Source of the DNA: Candidatus Micrarchaeota archaeon
GTDB lineage: Archaea > Micrarchaeota > Micrarchaeia > Anstonellales > Bilamarchaeaceae
Direction: 5' to 3'
NCBI GenBank assembly: GCA_038046765.1
Contig: JBBSVN010000007.1
Location: forward strand, 32,001 to 96,000
DNA length: 64,000 bases
The position numbers and the translations under genes are program-made. Under the pieces are notes generated by a model. It was given only the letters and a program-made list of their open reading frames with translations, was not told the DNA's origin and ran no database searches. How positions within the stretch are numbered: the first letter of the stretch is position 1; each line of letters begins with the position of its first letter. Below are positions 8,622 to 18,434 of the stretch, piece after piece.

Positions 8622-9212
8622 ATGGTTAAATTATCCCTTACGGATATTATTATAATATTCTTCATTTTGTCTTTTACCTTTCAAGTATTTAGTCCAGAAT
8701 ATCAAAACGCGTTTATACTAGATGCGCAAGTTGTCTTATTTGAACCGTGGCGATTTTTTACTGCTCTTTTTTTACACTATAATATTCTTCATCTTTTTGC
8801 AAATACCTATGCTTTATATATATTTGGAAACGCGCTCGAGTCAAAAATAAAAAAATCAGACTATCTAAAAATTTTCTTTTTGGGTGGAGTCTTGGTTTAT
8901 ATTATTCAATCTGTAGTTTATTCTATAGACGAAACTCTCACATTCAGGTTTGGCTTAGGTGCTAGTGCAGGCGTTTCTGCATTATTAGCATGCGCCGCAC
9001 TGGTAATACCGGAAGAAAAGGTCAAGGTATTTTTTATTGAATTCAAAACTAAAACTCTTGCTCTGGTCTTTTTCGCTGCTGAAATCATTTTGTTTGCAAT
9101 TGGAAACACAACGACAGATCATACTGCTCACTTGATTGGCGGATTGATCGGATTATTTTATACTAAATTGTTTATTAAAAAAGTCGAAGATAACGGGGGT
9201 CGAACAAAATGA
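8622..9212 (+). CDS. Rhomboid family intramembrane serine protease
   Basis: EPWRFFTALFLH, HLFAN, GASAGV (catalytic Ser), AHLIGG (catalytic His). Confidence 0.93.
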   Translation: MVKLSLTDIIIIFFILSFTFQVFSPEYQNAFILDAQVVLFEPWRFFTALFLHYNILHLFANTYALYIFGNALESKIKKSDYLKIFFLGGVLVYIIQSVVYSIDETLTFRFGLGASAGVSALLACAALVIPEEKVKVFFIEFKTKTLALVFFAAEIILFAIGNTTTDHTAHLIGGLIGLFYTKLFIKKVEDNGGRTK

Positions 9213-9469
9213 ATATCGAACAAATGGAAGAAGAAATACTAAAAATCCAGGAACGAAACAAACGCGTTGAAATCGATAAATCCTGGGAAACTAGCCTATT
9301 TAGAAGAGGAATAATAACTGCGTCAACTTTCATTGTAGTTTATTTATTTCTTCTGACAATCAATGCTCCACAACCTGCTTTAAGTGCGATGATTCCTGCA
9401 ATCGGTTATATTCTTTCAACGCTTACGCTGCCATTTTTGAAGGGATGGTGGATCAGCACACAAAAATAA
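9209..9469 (+). CDS. small membrane protein
   Basis: ERNKRVE.DKSWETS followed by two TM helices; start overlaps the rhomboid stop. Confidence 0.75.
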   Translation: MNIEQMEEEILKIQERNKRVEIDKSWETSLFRRGIITASTFIVVYLFLLTINAPQPALSAMIPAIGYILSTLTLPFLKGWWISTQK

Positions 9470-9736
9470 CTATTTCTTTTCAATTTTCATATCTTGTTCA
9501 ATCTTTCTCCAGTCATCTAACAAATATTGCCAAAGAGTTTTAGTTACTGAATCATAAACAAGGTTAGTTTTAGCCGCAACTTCCTTTGGTCGGTCTATTT
9601 CGATTAGCGGGAAGCGATACATCCATTTAACATCTTCGCGAAATGGATTTCTTTCAATCGCGTAAAGTCTGCCGCGTTCCTTTTTTACCTTTTCGCAGAA
9701 TGTGATTACCCTGTCTATTTCTTCTTTAGTTACCAT
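9470..9736 (-). CDS. hypothetical protein
   Basis: 88-aa ORF, convergent and abutting the previous gene. Confidence 0.65.
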   Translation of the reverse strand: MVTKEEIDRVITFCEKVKKERGRLYAIERNPFREDVKWMYRFPLIEIDRPKEVAAKTNLVYDSVTKTLWQYLLDDWRKIEQDMKIEKK

Positions 9737-9803
9737 AATTAGCCCATAGTTATTTCTCGAGCAGTTTTTAACTATTTTCCTATATTACTAATCTGGTATT
9801 TTT

Positions 9804-12500
9804 ATGCGAATTAGTGTTATTGGTACAGGTTATGTTGGTTTAATTACGGGAGTATGCCTGGCAGACTTAGGCCATAGTGTTACATGTGTCGATGTCATAA
9901 AAGAAAAAGTTGACGTGATAAATTCTGGTGTTGCTCCAATTTATGAAGTTGGTTTAGAAGATTTACTAAAGAAAAACATTGGCAAGAAGTTAAATGCTAC
10001 GCTCGACTTATCTGGTGCGATTGCCAATAGCGAAGTTACATTTATAGCAGTTGGAACACCTTCAGCTGATGACGGATCAACTGATTTAAAATATATTGAA
10101 AGCGCTGCAACAGGAATTGGGAAAGCTTTGCGTAGTAAGGAAGTTTATCATGTAGTAATCGTTAAAAGTACCGTTCCGCCAAAAACAACTGAATTAGTTG
10201 GAAAAATCATTGAAAAAGAAAGCGGTAAAAAACAAGGCAAGGATTTTGGTTTAGCAATGAATCCAGAATTTTTAAGGGAAGGAACTGCGGTTTATGATTT
10301 TATCAATCCTGATCGGATCGTAATCGGTGCGCTTGACCAAAAATCTTTTGATGTAGTAAATGCGCTTTATTCGCCCCACTTCAAATGTCCCATTGTAAAA
10401 ACCGAATTACGAACTGCTGAAATGATAAAATATGCAAGCAATGCTTTTTTAGCTACAAAAATTAGTTTTGCAAATGAAATTGGAAACGCATGCAAGGCTT
10501 TAGGCATTGATACTTACGAATTAATGGATGCTGTTGGCAGTGATAAACGTATTGGAAGAGCATTTTTGAACTCTGGTGTTGGCTACGGCGGAAGTTGCTT
10601 TGATGCAAATGAAAAGATTTTTGTAGTTGATGATAAAGGTATCAGGGTTAAAAAAATAAAAGAAGTAATCGAACAGAAATCAGATAAATTTATCCTGGGT
10701 TTTGATAAGAAAACTAATCGAGTAAGGATATCTAAGATTACTGGACTTTTCAAAAGACCATATAAGGGTAAAATGGTCAAATTAAAATTAGGTAAAGGAA
10801 GAAAAATAACCATAACTGCCGACCATCCTCTTGTTGTTCAAGAAAATGGTGAATTTAAAATTGCATTGGCAGATTCTGTTGTGGCTGATGATTTTTTACC
10901 TGTTAGTCTTAATCTCCCTAATCAATCTTCTACAAAAATAGATGTTATAGATTTTCTATCTAAAAATGAAGAATTTAAAAACCATATTATGATCCGGCCA
11001 AAATCAGGTTCTTTTAAAGACATTAAAGATCAAATTAACAAAGAGTTAATTAAAATTGAACCTGTTTCTTGGAAAAGACATGAATCTGGTAGAAAAAATT
11101 ACATTCATTTTGAAGTATTTCTAGCTTTGGAGAAGGCAGGGGCAATGCCTTTTAATAGAGACGAAATTTTGTTGTTTACTAATCTGGGAACTCCAACCTA
11201 TGCTCCGGCAATAGTTGATCTTAATCAGGATTTTTGTAGGTTTATTGGTTACTATTTAAGCGAAGGCTGCGTTTCAGTTGACAAAAGTTTAAGGGGAAAC
11301 CGTCATCGTGAGAGGATCAAGATTTCCTTTAACATAAATGAAAATGAATATGTTGATGATGTTTGCTCTATTTTAAATAAGTTAAATGTCCGGAACGTTG
11401 TATATACTAGAGAGAAAAATCAAACTAAAGAAATTGTTTTTTCATCAAGAATCTTTGCATTTTTACTCAAGAACATATTAGAATGCGGTAAAGACTGTTA
11501 CGATAAACAAATACCTCCTCAAATGTTCTTTTTATCAAAAGAATGCAAAACTCAATTATTATCCGGACTCTTTAGAGGAGATGGTTCCGCAACACATAGT
11601 ACTGCCGGGGAATTAAAATATCCTGAAATTAGTTATGCAACAGTTAGTCCGATGCTTAGTGAAGGAATAACGATTATTTTACAGTCATTAGGAATAATTC
11701 CAAGCCGTTCTAAAATAGGCATAAGTAAAAAAACTAAAGTCCAAGCAGAAAGCATAAATATTTATGGTTTGAATCAAGTAGAAAAGGCCAAAGTTTTCTA
11801 TTCAAATAAAATTTTAAATAAGATAAATAATCAACTATTACAATATTCCAGACAAATTAGTCCAATGGATTATCATTATGATACTAATCACGAAATTGCA
11901 TATCTAAAGGTCAAGGATATAGAAAGTTTTGATACGGAAACCGAAGTTTACTCGATAGAAGTTGAAGATGAGGGACACTTAATAATAACAACTGGTGGGC
12001 TAATTGTGCATAATTGTTTTCCAAAAGATGTGTTATCACTAATTCATAGTGCAAAAGAAGTAGGTGTAGAAACTAAAATTTTAAATTCAGTGGTAGAAAC
12101 AAATGCGGTTCAGCCCTATAAAATAATTGAACTTGCTAAGAAAAAGCTAGGTTCACTAAAAAATAAAAAAGTTGCAATTTTAGGTTTAGCATTTAAACCT
12201 GATAGCGATGACATGCGTGAAGCGCCAAGTTTAAAAATAATAAAAAAACTTGTGGAAGGAGGTGCAATAATCAAAGCGTACGATCCAGTTGCGACTGATA
12301 ACGCCAAGAAAATGATTAAGGAAAATATCGAATACGCGAAGACGCTTGAAGAATGTCTTTCTTTTAGTGAAATTATTTTTGTATTAACTGATTGGAATGA
12401 ATTTAAGAACGAAGATATATACAAAGGAAAAATCGTTTTTGATGGAAGACATGTTTTAAACAAAAAGAGCGATCAAAATTACGAAGGAGTTTGTTGGTGA
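9804..12500 (+). CDS. ugd: UDP-glucose/GDP-mannose dehydrogenase family protein (intein-containing)
   Basis: GTGYVG, KSTVPP, NPEFLREG, KYASNAFLATKISF, GYGGS|CFPKD (split by intein), GLAFKPDSDDMRE, DGRH. Confidence 0.95.
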   Translation: MRISVIGTGYVGLITGVCLADLGHSVTCVDVIKEKVDVINSGVAPIYEVGLEDLLKKNIGKKLNATLDLSGAIANSEVTFIAVGTPSADDGSTDLKYIESAATGIGKALRSKEVYHVVIVKSTVPPKTTELVGKIIEKESGKKQGKDFGLAMNPEFLREGTAVYDFINPDRIVIGALDQKSFDVVNALYSPHFKCPIVKTELRTAEMIKYASNAFLATKISFANEIGNACKALGIDTYELMDAVGSDKRIGRAFLNSGVGYGGSCFDANEKIFVVDDKGIRVKKIKEVIEQKSDKFILGFDKKTNRVRISKITGLFKRPYKGKMVKLKLGKGRKITITADHPLVVQENGEFKIALADSVVADDFLPVSLNLPNQSSTKIDVIDFLSKNEEFKNHIMIRPKSGSFKDIKDQINKELIKIEPVSWKRHESGRKNYIHFEVFLALEKAGAMPFNRDEILLFTNLGTPTYAPAIVDLNQDFCRFIGYYLSEGCVSVDKSLRGNRHRERIKISFNINENEYVDDVCSILNKLNVRNVVYTREKNQTKEIVFSSRIFAFLLKNILECGKDCYDKQIPPQMFFLSKECKTQLLSGLFRGDGSATHSTAGELKYPEISYATVSPMLSEGITIILQSLGIIPSRSKIGISKKTKVQAESINIYGLNQVEKAKVFYSNKILNKINNQLLQYSRQISPMDYHYDTNHEIAYLKVKDIESFDTETEVYSIEVEDEGHLIITTGGLIVHNCFPKDVLSLIHSAKEVGVETKILNSVVETNAVQPYKIIELAKKKLGSLKNKKVAILGLAFKPDSDDMREAPSLKIIKKLVEGGAIIKAYDPVATDNAKKMIKENIEYAKTLEECLSFSEIIFVLTDWNEFKNEDIYKGKIVFDGRHVLNKKSDQNYEGVCW
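10596..12014 (+). mobile_element. Intein (473 aa) with LAGLIDADG homing endonuclease
   Basis: Begins CFDANEKI, block B TITADHP, LAGLIDADG-type motifs FIGYYLSEG and LLSGLFRGDG, ends IVHN followed by Cys+1. Confidence 0.95.
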
Positions 12501-12506
12501 AAATAA

Positions 12507-14270
12507 TTGGTTTACATTCTAGGAATTCACAGAAGTCACAATAGTTCTGTATGCTTAATGCTTGATGGGGAAATCGTATCTAGCGTTCAACAGGAGAGAT
12601 TTGATAAGATAAAAAATTCCGGAGCATTTCCAAAAGATGCAATTGACTGGACTTTAAAATCTTCTAACATAACTGCAGAGCAAATCGATGCAGTTGCAAT
12701 TGGCGGATTGATAATTTTGCCAAGTAATGTTGACTTAACTCCGGGCGTAGCGACACCTGGAAAATCAAGCATTCCTATCTCAACTAAGCTTTGGCGCGAA
12801 ATTGATTTTAAACACCCCAATTTAAGACCATTTTTCTACCCTATGGTAATGCAAAAGCGGGAAAAACTTGGAGAAAAAGGGAGAGAAGAAGTAATCCAGA
12901 CACTAAAAAATTTATATAATATTCCAAAAGAAAAAATACATTTCGTAGAGCATCATGTTTGCCATGCTTATACTGCTTATTACGGGTTAAGGCAAAATCA
13001 AAAAAATGATAATAACTCGCTTGTTTTAACTTTAGATGGTGAAGGGGATAAATATTGTGCAAGCGTAAACGATACAAAAAATAATGAAATAAATCGTATT
13101 GCAAGTACGCCCTGGCACGCTTCCTTAGGTTATATTTACAGTCAGACCACAACCTTTTTGGGGATGAAAGCATTAGAGCATGAATACAAGGTTATGGGAT
13201 TAGCTCCATATGCTAAAAATTATTTTTTAAAGACTTATGAAAAACTCTATAAACATGTTATTGATGTTGATGGGAATTCACTAGAGTTTAAAAGCATATT
13301 TCCAACAAATCGTTTTATCGTTCATCTAAAAGAAAATGCATTTTGCGAACGCTTTGATAATGTTGCTGCCGCGGTTCAATACCTAACTGAAGATCTGGTT
13401 ACAAAATGGACAATTGCAGCCATAAAAAAAACAGATTGCTCCGATGTTTATCTTGGTGGCGGAGTTTTTATGAATGTAAAACTTAACCTTAAGCTTTACG
13501 AACTGGACTCTGTCGAAAATATCCATCCATTTCCTGGTTGCGGTGATGAATCAAATCCCTTTGGCGCAGCTTATTATGTTTACATTAATCATTTTGCAAA
13601 GCCAAGTTCAAGCGTTAAGCGAATAAAAAATCTATATCTTGGGCCAGAGTACTCAAACGATTATATCGAAGATTTGATAAAAAAGCGCGATTTAAAGTCA
13701 AAATATAAAGTTGAATTCCACAAAGACATGGAAGGTGAAATTGCATCGCTTTTAGCTAAAGGAAAAGTTGTCGCACGCGTTGCTGGAAAAAGTGAGTGGG
13801 GTCCTAGAAGTTTAGGTAATAGGGCAATAATTGGTAACCCATCTATACTAGAAACTTTCTATAAAGTAAATGATCAAATCAAGATGCGCGATTTTTGGAT
13901 GCCGTTTGCGCCAAGTATACTTAAAGAACGGGAAAACGATTACATTGAAAATCCTAAAGGAGTCGAAGCGCCATACATGATTTTGGCTTTCAATTCTACA
14001 AAATTAGCTCATAAAGATTTACGTGCTGCAATACATCAGGCAGATAAAACCTGTAGACCACAAATACTTGAAAAAGATTGGAATGAAAATTACTATAAAA
14101 TAATTAAACAATTCGAAAATGAAACTGGAATTGGCGGAGTTATGAACACGTCTTTTAATTTGCATGGCGAACCGATGGTTTGTTCTCCAGAAGATGCAAT
14201 TCATACTTTTGAAGATTCTGGTTTAGAATATTTGGCAATGGAAAACTGGTTAGTTAGTAAAAATATTTAA
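12507..14270 (+). CDS. Carbamoyltransferase (NodU/CmcH family)
   Basis: ERFDKIK, HHVCHA, LDGEGD, EYKVMGLAPY, GGVFMNVK, GPRSLGNR, RDFWMPFAPS, NTSFNLHGEP. Confidence 0.95.
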   Translation: MVYILGIHRSHNSSVCLMLDGEIVSSVQQERFDKIKNSGAFPKDAIDWTLKSSNITAEQIDAVAIGGLIILPSNVDLTPGVATPGKSSIPISTKLWREIDFKHPNLRPFFYPMVMQKREKLGEKGREEVIQTLKNLYNIPKEKIHFVEHHVCHAYTAYYGLRQNQKNDNNSLVLTLDGEGDKYCASVNDTKNNEINRIASTPWHASLGYIYSQTTTFLGMKALEHEYKVMGLAPYAKNYFLKTYEKLYKHVIDVDGNSLEFKSIFPTNRFIVHLKENAFCERFDNVAAAVQYLTEDLVTKWTIAAIKKTDCSDVYLGGGVFMNVKLNLKLYELDSVENIHPFPGCGDESNPFGAAYYVYINHFAKPSSSVKRIKNLYLGPEYSNDYIEDLIKKRDLKSKYKVEFHKDMEGEIASLLAKGKVVARVAGKSEWGPRSLGNRAIIGNPSILETFYKVNDQIKMRDFWMPFAPSILKERENDYIENPKGVEAPYMILAFNSTKLAHKDLRAAIHQADKTCRPQILEKDWNENYYKIIKQFENETGIGGVMNTSFNLHGEPMVCSPEDAIHTFEDSGLEYLAMENWLVSKNI

Positions 14271-14283
14271 CAGGTGAAAATTC

Positions 14284-15312
14284 ATGAAAGTTTTAATCAC
14301 AGGAGGAGCTGGATTAGTCGGAACCGAATGTTGCAAATTATTTGGAAAGGAAAACTGGGAAATAATTAGTGTTGATAATTACGGTAGGGCTAAAATATTT
14401 GGAGAGGATGCCCAGACAAAAAGTAATATGCAGCAAACAAGAAAAGAATATAATATTGAACATCATGAAATGGACATTCGAGATGAAAAAATTGGCGAGC
14501 TAGTCAAAAAAGTTGATGCAGTAATTCACACAGCGGCTCAACCATCTCATCCTAAATCAATCGAAATTCCGATGGAAGATTTTCAAATTAACGCATATGG
14601 GACCTTATTTATGCTTGAACAGGTAAGAAAACATAACAAGGATGTGCCGTTTGTTTTTTGTTCGACAAATAAAGTTTATGGTGAAGCACCAAACTATTTT
14701 TCATATAAAAAAGTTGGAAAAAGGTTAGAGCCGTACGATCCATCTTTAAATGATGGATTTGACGAATCACTACGACTTGATCGAATGATGCACACGCCCT
14801 TTGGCGTTTCTAAAGTCGCAGCAGATTTATACACGCAAGAATATGCTCATTTATATGGCCTTAAGACGGGGGTTTTTAGAATGGGTTGCATAACTGGTGG
14901 CGCAGCTAAGGCTACTGAATTACATAACTGGGAACCATTTTTCGTTAAAAAAGCGATGACTGGAGAACAGTTGACAATATTTGGTCATGAAGGCTATCAG
15001 GTTCGTGATGTTATTCATGCAGCGGATTTAGCTAAAGTATTTTATGAATTTGTCAAGCGTCCAAGACCTGGAGAAGTATACAATATGGGTGGAGCAAGAC
15101 AAAATTCGATTTCGCTTTTAGAATCGTTCGATTTAATTGAGGAAGTAACTGGAAAGAAAATGAATTACAAATTAGGGCCGGCGAGAGAAGCTGATCATAT
15201 TTGGTGGATTTCAAACATTAACAAGGCAAAGGCACACTTTCCACTTTGGAGTTTAAGAATTGGACTTAAGGACGTATTTGAGGATATTTATCAAGCACTT
15301 TCAAGAAAGTAA
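14284..15312 (+). CDS. NAD-dependent epimerase (CDP-paratose 2-epimerase/RfbE-like)
   Basis: GGAGLVG, AAQPSH, STNKVYG, FGVSK, RMGCITG, QVRD. Confidence 0.85.
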   Translation: MKVLITGGAGLVGTECCKLFGKENWEIISVDNYGRAKIFGEDAQTKSNMQQTRKEYNIEHHEMDIRDEKIGELVKKVDAVIHTAAQPSHPKSIEIPMEDFQINAYGTLFMLEQVRKHNKDVPFVFCSTNKVYGEAPNYFSYKKVGKRLEPYDPSLNDGFDESLRLDRMMHTPFGVSKVAADLYTQEYAHLYGLKTGVFRMGCITGGAAKATELHNWEPFFVKKAMTGEQLTIFGHEGYQVRDVIHAADLAKVFYEFVKRPRPGEVYNMGGARQNSISLLESFDLIEEVTGKKMNYKLGPAREADHIWWISNINKAKAHFPLWSLRIGLKDVFEDIYQALSRK

Positions 15313-15323
15313 GCTGATCACAA

Positions 15324-16514
15324 ATGCAACCAAACAAAAAAATATTTCTTTACATGTCTTCAGGTCTGCATACGGCATATAAAAGCATGATTGCAAATTG
15401 TCCAGAAGGTTTTGAATTTGCAGCAAGCGATTATATGGCACATGGTGCAATTACTGCCAGTAGGGATGTTTCACCTGGTTTAGGTAGCTTTACAAAAAAT
15501 CTGATTACCAAAGTTCAGCCATACGTTTCTTCTTCTTATAATCATCTGCACATTCTCCTAAATAAACCCAAAGTCCGTAAATTCGTCTCTAGCGACTACG
15601 ACCTAATTCATAGTGGACAAAGTCTGCTTGATACCAATCTTCCATATGTAGTTGATTTTGAACATGCTGCTGTTTTTTCTGGCTATAATCAATATGCATT
15701 TAGAAGAAAAGGGTTTGTCCGAGCTTTGGAAAAAACACTTCTAAATCCAAAACTAAAAAAGCTCCTGGCATGGAGCGATGCTGCTGGAAAAAGCCTGACC
15801 AACTTTGTAAATAATGAAGAAGTTAAGGCTAAGGTTGAAACTGTTTACCCTGTATTTTCCCTAGGAAAGAAAATTAAACGAACACAAAAAGAATTTGGTT
15901 TTCTGTTTATCGGTGGAAATTTCTATGAAAAAGGCGGCTATGAAACGATTTTGGCTTTTGAAAAAATCATGGATAAATATGACTGTAAATTGACTATGAT
16001 TGGCACTATTCCACTAGAACTAGCGCAAAAATATCTAAATCATCCAAAAATAACGCTTGTTGGTAGAGTTCCATACGAAAAAGTAGTTGAATACTATTCA
16101 AATAGCGATGCGTTTGTTTTTCCAACACACTATGATACTTATGGTTTTGTAGTTCCCGAAGCGCTTTCATTTGGATTACCTGTTATTTCAACAACTAGTT
16201 TTTCTATGCCTGAATTAGTTGAAAACGAAAAAACGGGACTTCTAATAAACACTTATTTTTCTTCATTTGCTCCCGACGCTGGTTATGCTCTGGGTACTTT
16301 AGATGAACTTTATCCAAAGCGAATCGAAATTTGCAAAAACCCGCCCGAATGGTATATAACTTCTCTTGCAAATGCTATGGAAAGGTTAATTATTGATAAT
16401 TCACTAAGAAATGAGTTATCTAAAAACGCAGAACTTGTTGCAAAAGAAGGTAAATTTTCACCTAAGTCCTGGCGGGATAAAATGAAAAGAATATATACAG
16501 AAGCTTTGGAATAG
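15324..16514 (+). CDS. Glycosyltransferase family 4
   Basis: EKGG, FVFPTHYDTYGFVVPEALSFGLPVI. Confidence 0.9.
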   Translation: MQPNKKIFLYMSSGLHTAYKSMIANCPEGFEFAASDYMAHGAITASRDVSPGLGSFTKNLITKVQPYVSSSYNHLHILLNKPKVRKFVSSDYDLIHSGQSLLDTNLPYVVDFEHAAVFSGYNQYAFRRKGFVRALEKTLLNPKLKKLLAWSDAAGKSLTNFVNNEEVKAKVETVYPVFSLGKKIKRTQKEFGFLFIGGNFYEKGGYETILAFEKIMDKYDCKLTMIGTIPLELAQKYLNHPKITLVGRVPYEKVVEYYSNSDAFVFPTHYDTYGFVVPEALSFGLPVISTTSFSMPELVENEKTGLLINTYFSSFAPDAGYALGTLDELYPKRIEICKNPPEWYITSLANAMERLIIDNSLRNELSKNAELVAKEGKFSPKSWRDKMKRIYTEALE

Positions 16515-16518
16515 TTAT

Positions 16519-17310
16519 ATGTTCAAAGATGCACTATTCTATTTTCTGTTTTTAGGTGTAGGAATTATTCTAGGTGTTTATTTTCTTTCTCCCGTAAGTC
16601 CTGATAATACTAAACTAGTAAATGATTACAATAATCTAGTTTCCAAGTATAATTCTCTAGCTAAAAATTATTCTGATTTGTCCGTTCAATCCGGCATAAG
16701 TCTTCAAAATCAAAAAAGATCTATTCCGCCATCTCCACAGGGCAGTTTTAATTCGCTTGTCTTAGTCAAAAACGGAATCGGGTTAAGTTATAATGGCGCC
16801 AAAGTTTTTGGGGTTTATGATACTAAATCTATGGAACCAGGAATAAGCGTTAATCATACTATAATTGCTACAACTACTTTTGATTCAGCTAATCTTAAAA
16901 TTGGGCAAATTGTTTCATATTTACCTGATGACTCAAAAACTGAAATTGTTCATAGGATAATTGCGATAAATTCAAACCCCCAAGGAATATGTTATACGTT
17001 GCAAGGGGACAATAATCAGGTACCAGATAAAGAATGCGTTAAACCCTCGCAGATAACTTCATTAGTTTTGGGTATCTTATTTTTCAAAAATGAACAAATC
17101 AACTCTTGTCCATCAGGAATTGATGCAATAATTTCCGATAAAGATATTTCTTGTATTGATTCCAGATTAAAAGCAGGTATTTATCCAAGCGAGAGCAAAA
17201 TCGGTCAGTCAATCGACTACTATAAATTCTGCTCTAGTTACAATTCTGCAATGCCTTATACGATTGTTTCTCCAGATGGAAAAGTTTCTTGTTACTCTAA
17301 TGTCAGGTAA
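16519..17310 (+). CDS. Signal peptidase I-like (S26) membrane-anchored protein
   Basis: N-terminal TM, coiled coil, KSMEP (Ser), IVHRII (His), QGDNN; Cys-rich C-terminal extension. Confidence 0.75.
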   Translation: MFKDALFYFLFLGVGIILGVYFLSPVSPDNTKLVNDYNNLVSKYNSLAKNYSDLSVQSGISLQNQKRSIPPSPQGSFNSLVLVKNGIGLSYNGAKVFGVYDTKSMEPGISVNHTIIATTTFDSANLKIGQIVSYLPDDSKTEIVHRIIAINSNPQGICYTLQGDNNQVPDKECVKPSQITSLVLGILFFKNEQINSCPSGIDAIISDKDISCIDSRLKAGIYPSESKIGQSIDYYKFCSSYNSAMPYTIVSPDGKVSCYSNVR

Positions 17311-17357
17311 CTTTTGTGATTTTAAATTCTTGCTTATAACTATTTAGTATAGTTGGT

Positions 17358-17423
17358 AAAATGAAAATCCAGTAAACAGGATAACCGTTTACTATCTTTT
17401 CATTTTTGGTGATAAAATGAAAA
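17358..17423 (+). promoter_or_regulatory. Conserved structured 5' leader, copy 1 (candidate translational switch)
   Basis: ATGAAAA-TCC-AGTAAAC-A-GG-ATAA-CC-GTTTACT-ATC-TTTTCAT directly before GGTGATAAAATG; homologous copy at 63159-63224 (-). Confidence 0.65.
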
Positions 17424-18325
17424 TCTTAATCACAGGCGGAGCTGGATTTATTGGTTCACACCTTGCCGAAAAACTTTCGGTTAAGAATGATGTTATAATT
17501 CTAGATAATTTTATAACTGGGAGAAAGGAGAACTTAGCAAAATTAAATGTTGAACTTATTTCTCATGACATTGTAAAACCTTTTGACATAAAATGTGATG
17601 TTATTTTTAATATGGCTTCGCCTGCTTCTCCAGTTGGATACCAGGAGCATCCACTAGAAACTATGGAAGTAAACGCCTTTGGAATGAAAAATATTCTTGA
17701 AAATGCTAAAAAACACGGTGCGCGAGTGCTGCAATCTTCCACTTCTGAAATTTACGGAGACCCGCTAGTTTCACCACAAGTCGAATCTTACTGGGGCAAT
17801 GTTAATACTCTTGGACCTCGTTCTTGTTATGACGAATCAAAAAGATTTGCTGAAACCTTATGCTATAATTATTATCATAAATTCGGTGTAAATGTAATTC
17901 TTGCAAGAATTTTCAATACTTACGGGCCCAGGATGGACAAAAAGGATGGCAGAGTAATTCCTAATTTTGTCACACAAGCTCTATCTGGAAAAGATATAAC
18001 TCTGTACGGAAACGGGTTACAAACAAGAAGTTTTTGTTACGTTAGCGATTTAGTTGACGGCTTAACAAAATTAGCTTTTTCTGACATTACTTTTGATGTT
18101 TTTAATGTTGGAAATCCGCATGAAATAACTTTGCAGACTCTAGCTAATAAGGTTAAAGAACTTGCTCAAAGTAAGTCTAATATTATTCATAAACCCCTTC
18201 CACAAGATGACCCGAAACAAAGATGTCCTAATATAACAAAAATAAAAAAAGCGGTTAACTGGGAACCCAAAGTTAGTTTAGATGACGGGTTAAAGAAAAC
18301 GATTGAATGGTTTAAATCACATTAA
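17417..18325 (+). CDS. UDP-glucuronate decarboxylase (UDP-xylose synthase)
   Basis: ASPASP, STSEIYGDP, YWGNVN..GPRSCYDESKR, RIFNTYGPRM, DGRV, QTRSFCYVSD, DDPKQRCP. Confidence 0.93.
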   Translation: MKILITGGAGFIGSHLAEKLSVKNDVIILDNFITGRKENLAKLNVELISHDIVKPFDIKCDVIFNMASPASPVGYQEHPLETMEVNAFGMKNILENAKKHGARVLQSSTSEIYGDPLVSPQVESYWGNVNTLGPRSCYDESKRFAETLCYNYYHKFGVNVILARIFNTYGPRMDKKDGRVIPNFVTQALSGKDITLYGNGLQTRSFCYVSDLVDGLTKLAFSDITFDVFNVGNPHEITLQTLANKVKELAQSKSNIIHKPLPQDDPKQRCPNITKIKKAVNWEPKVSLDDGLKKTIEWFKSH

Positions 18326-18434
18326 TTTTTTTCCAAATCATAATCGTTAGAAAAAGTTACTGATTCTTTAGCAAAGTCTTCTTTGCCATGTATATGTTAA
18401 TTCCACTTATACTATCATAACCTTCTATTTTAGG

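Noticed and set aside
17358..17423. Leader hairpin as an archaeal SECIS or conserved leader peptide
   Set aside because: No in-frame TGA in the adjacent genes and no GAA/A SECIS loop; the upstream frames differ in length (4 vs 20 codons).
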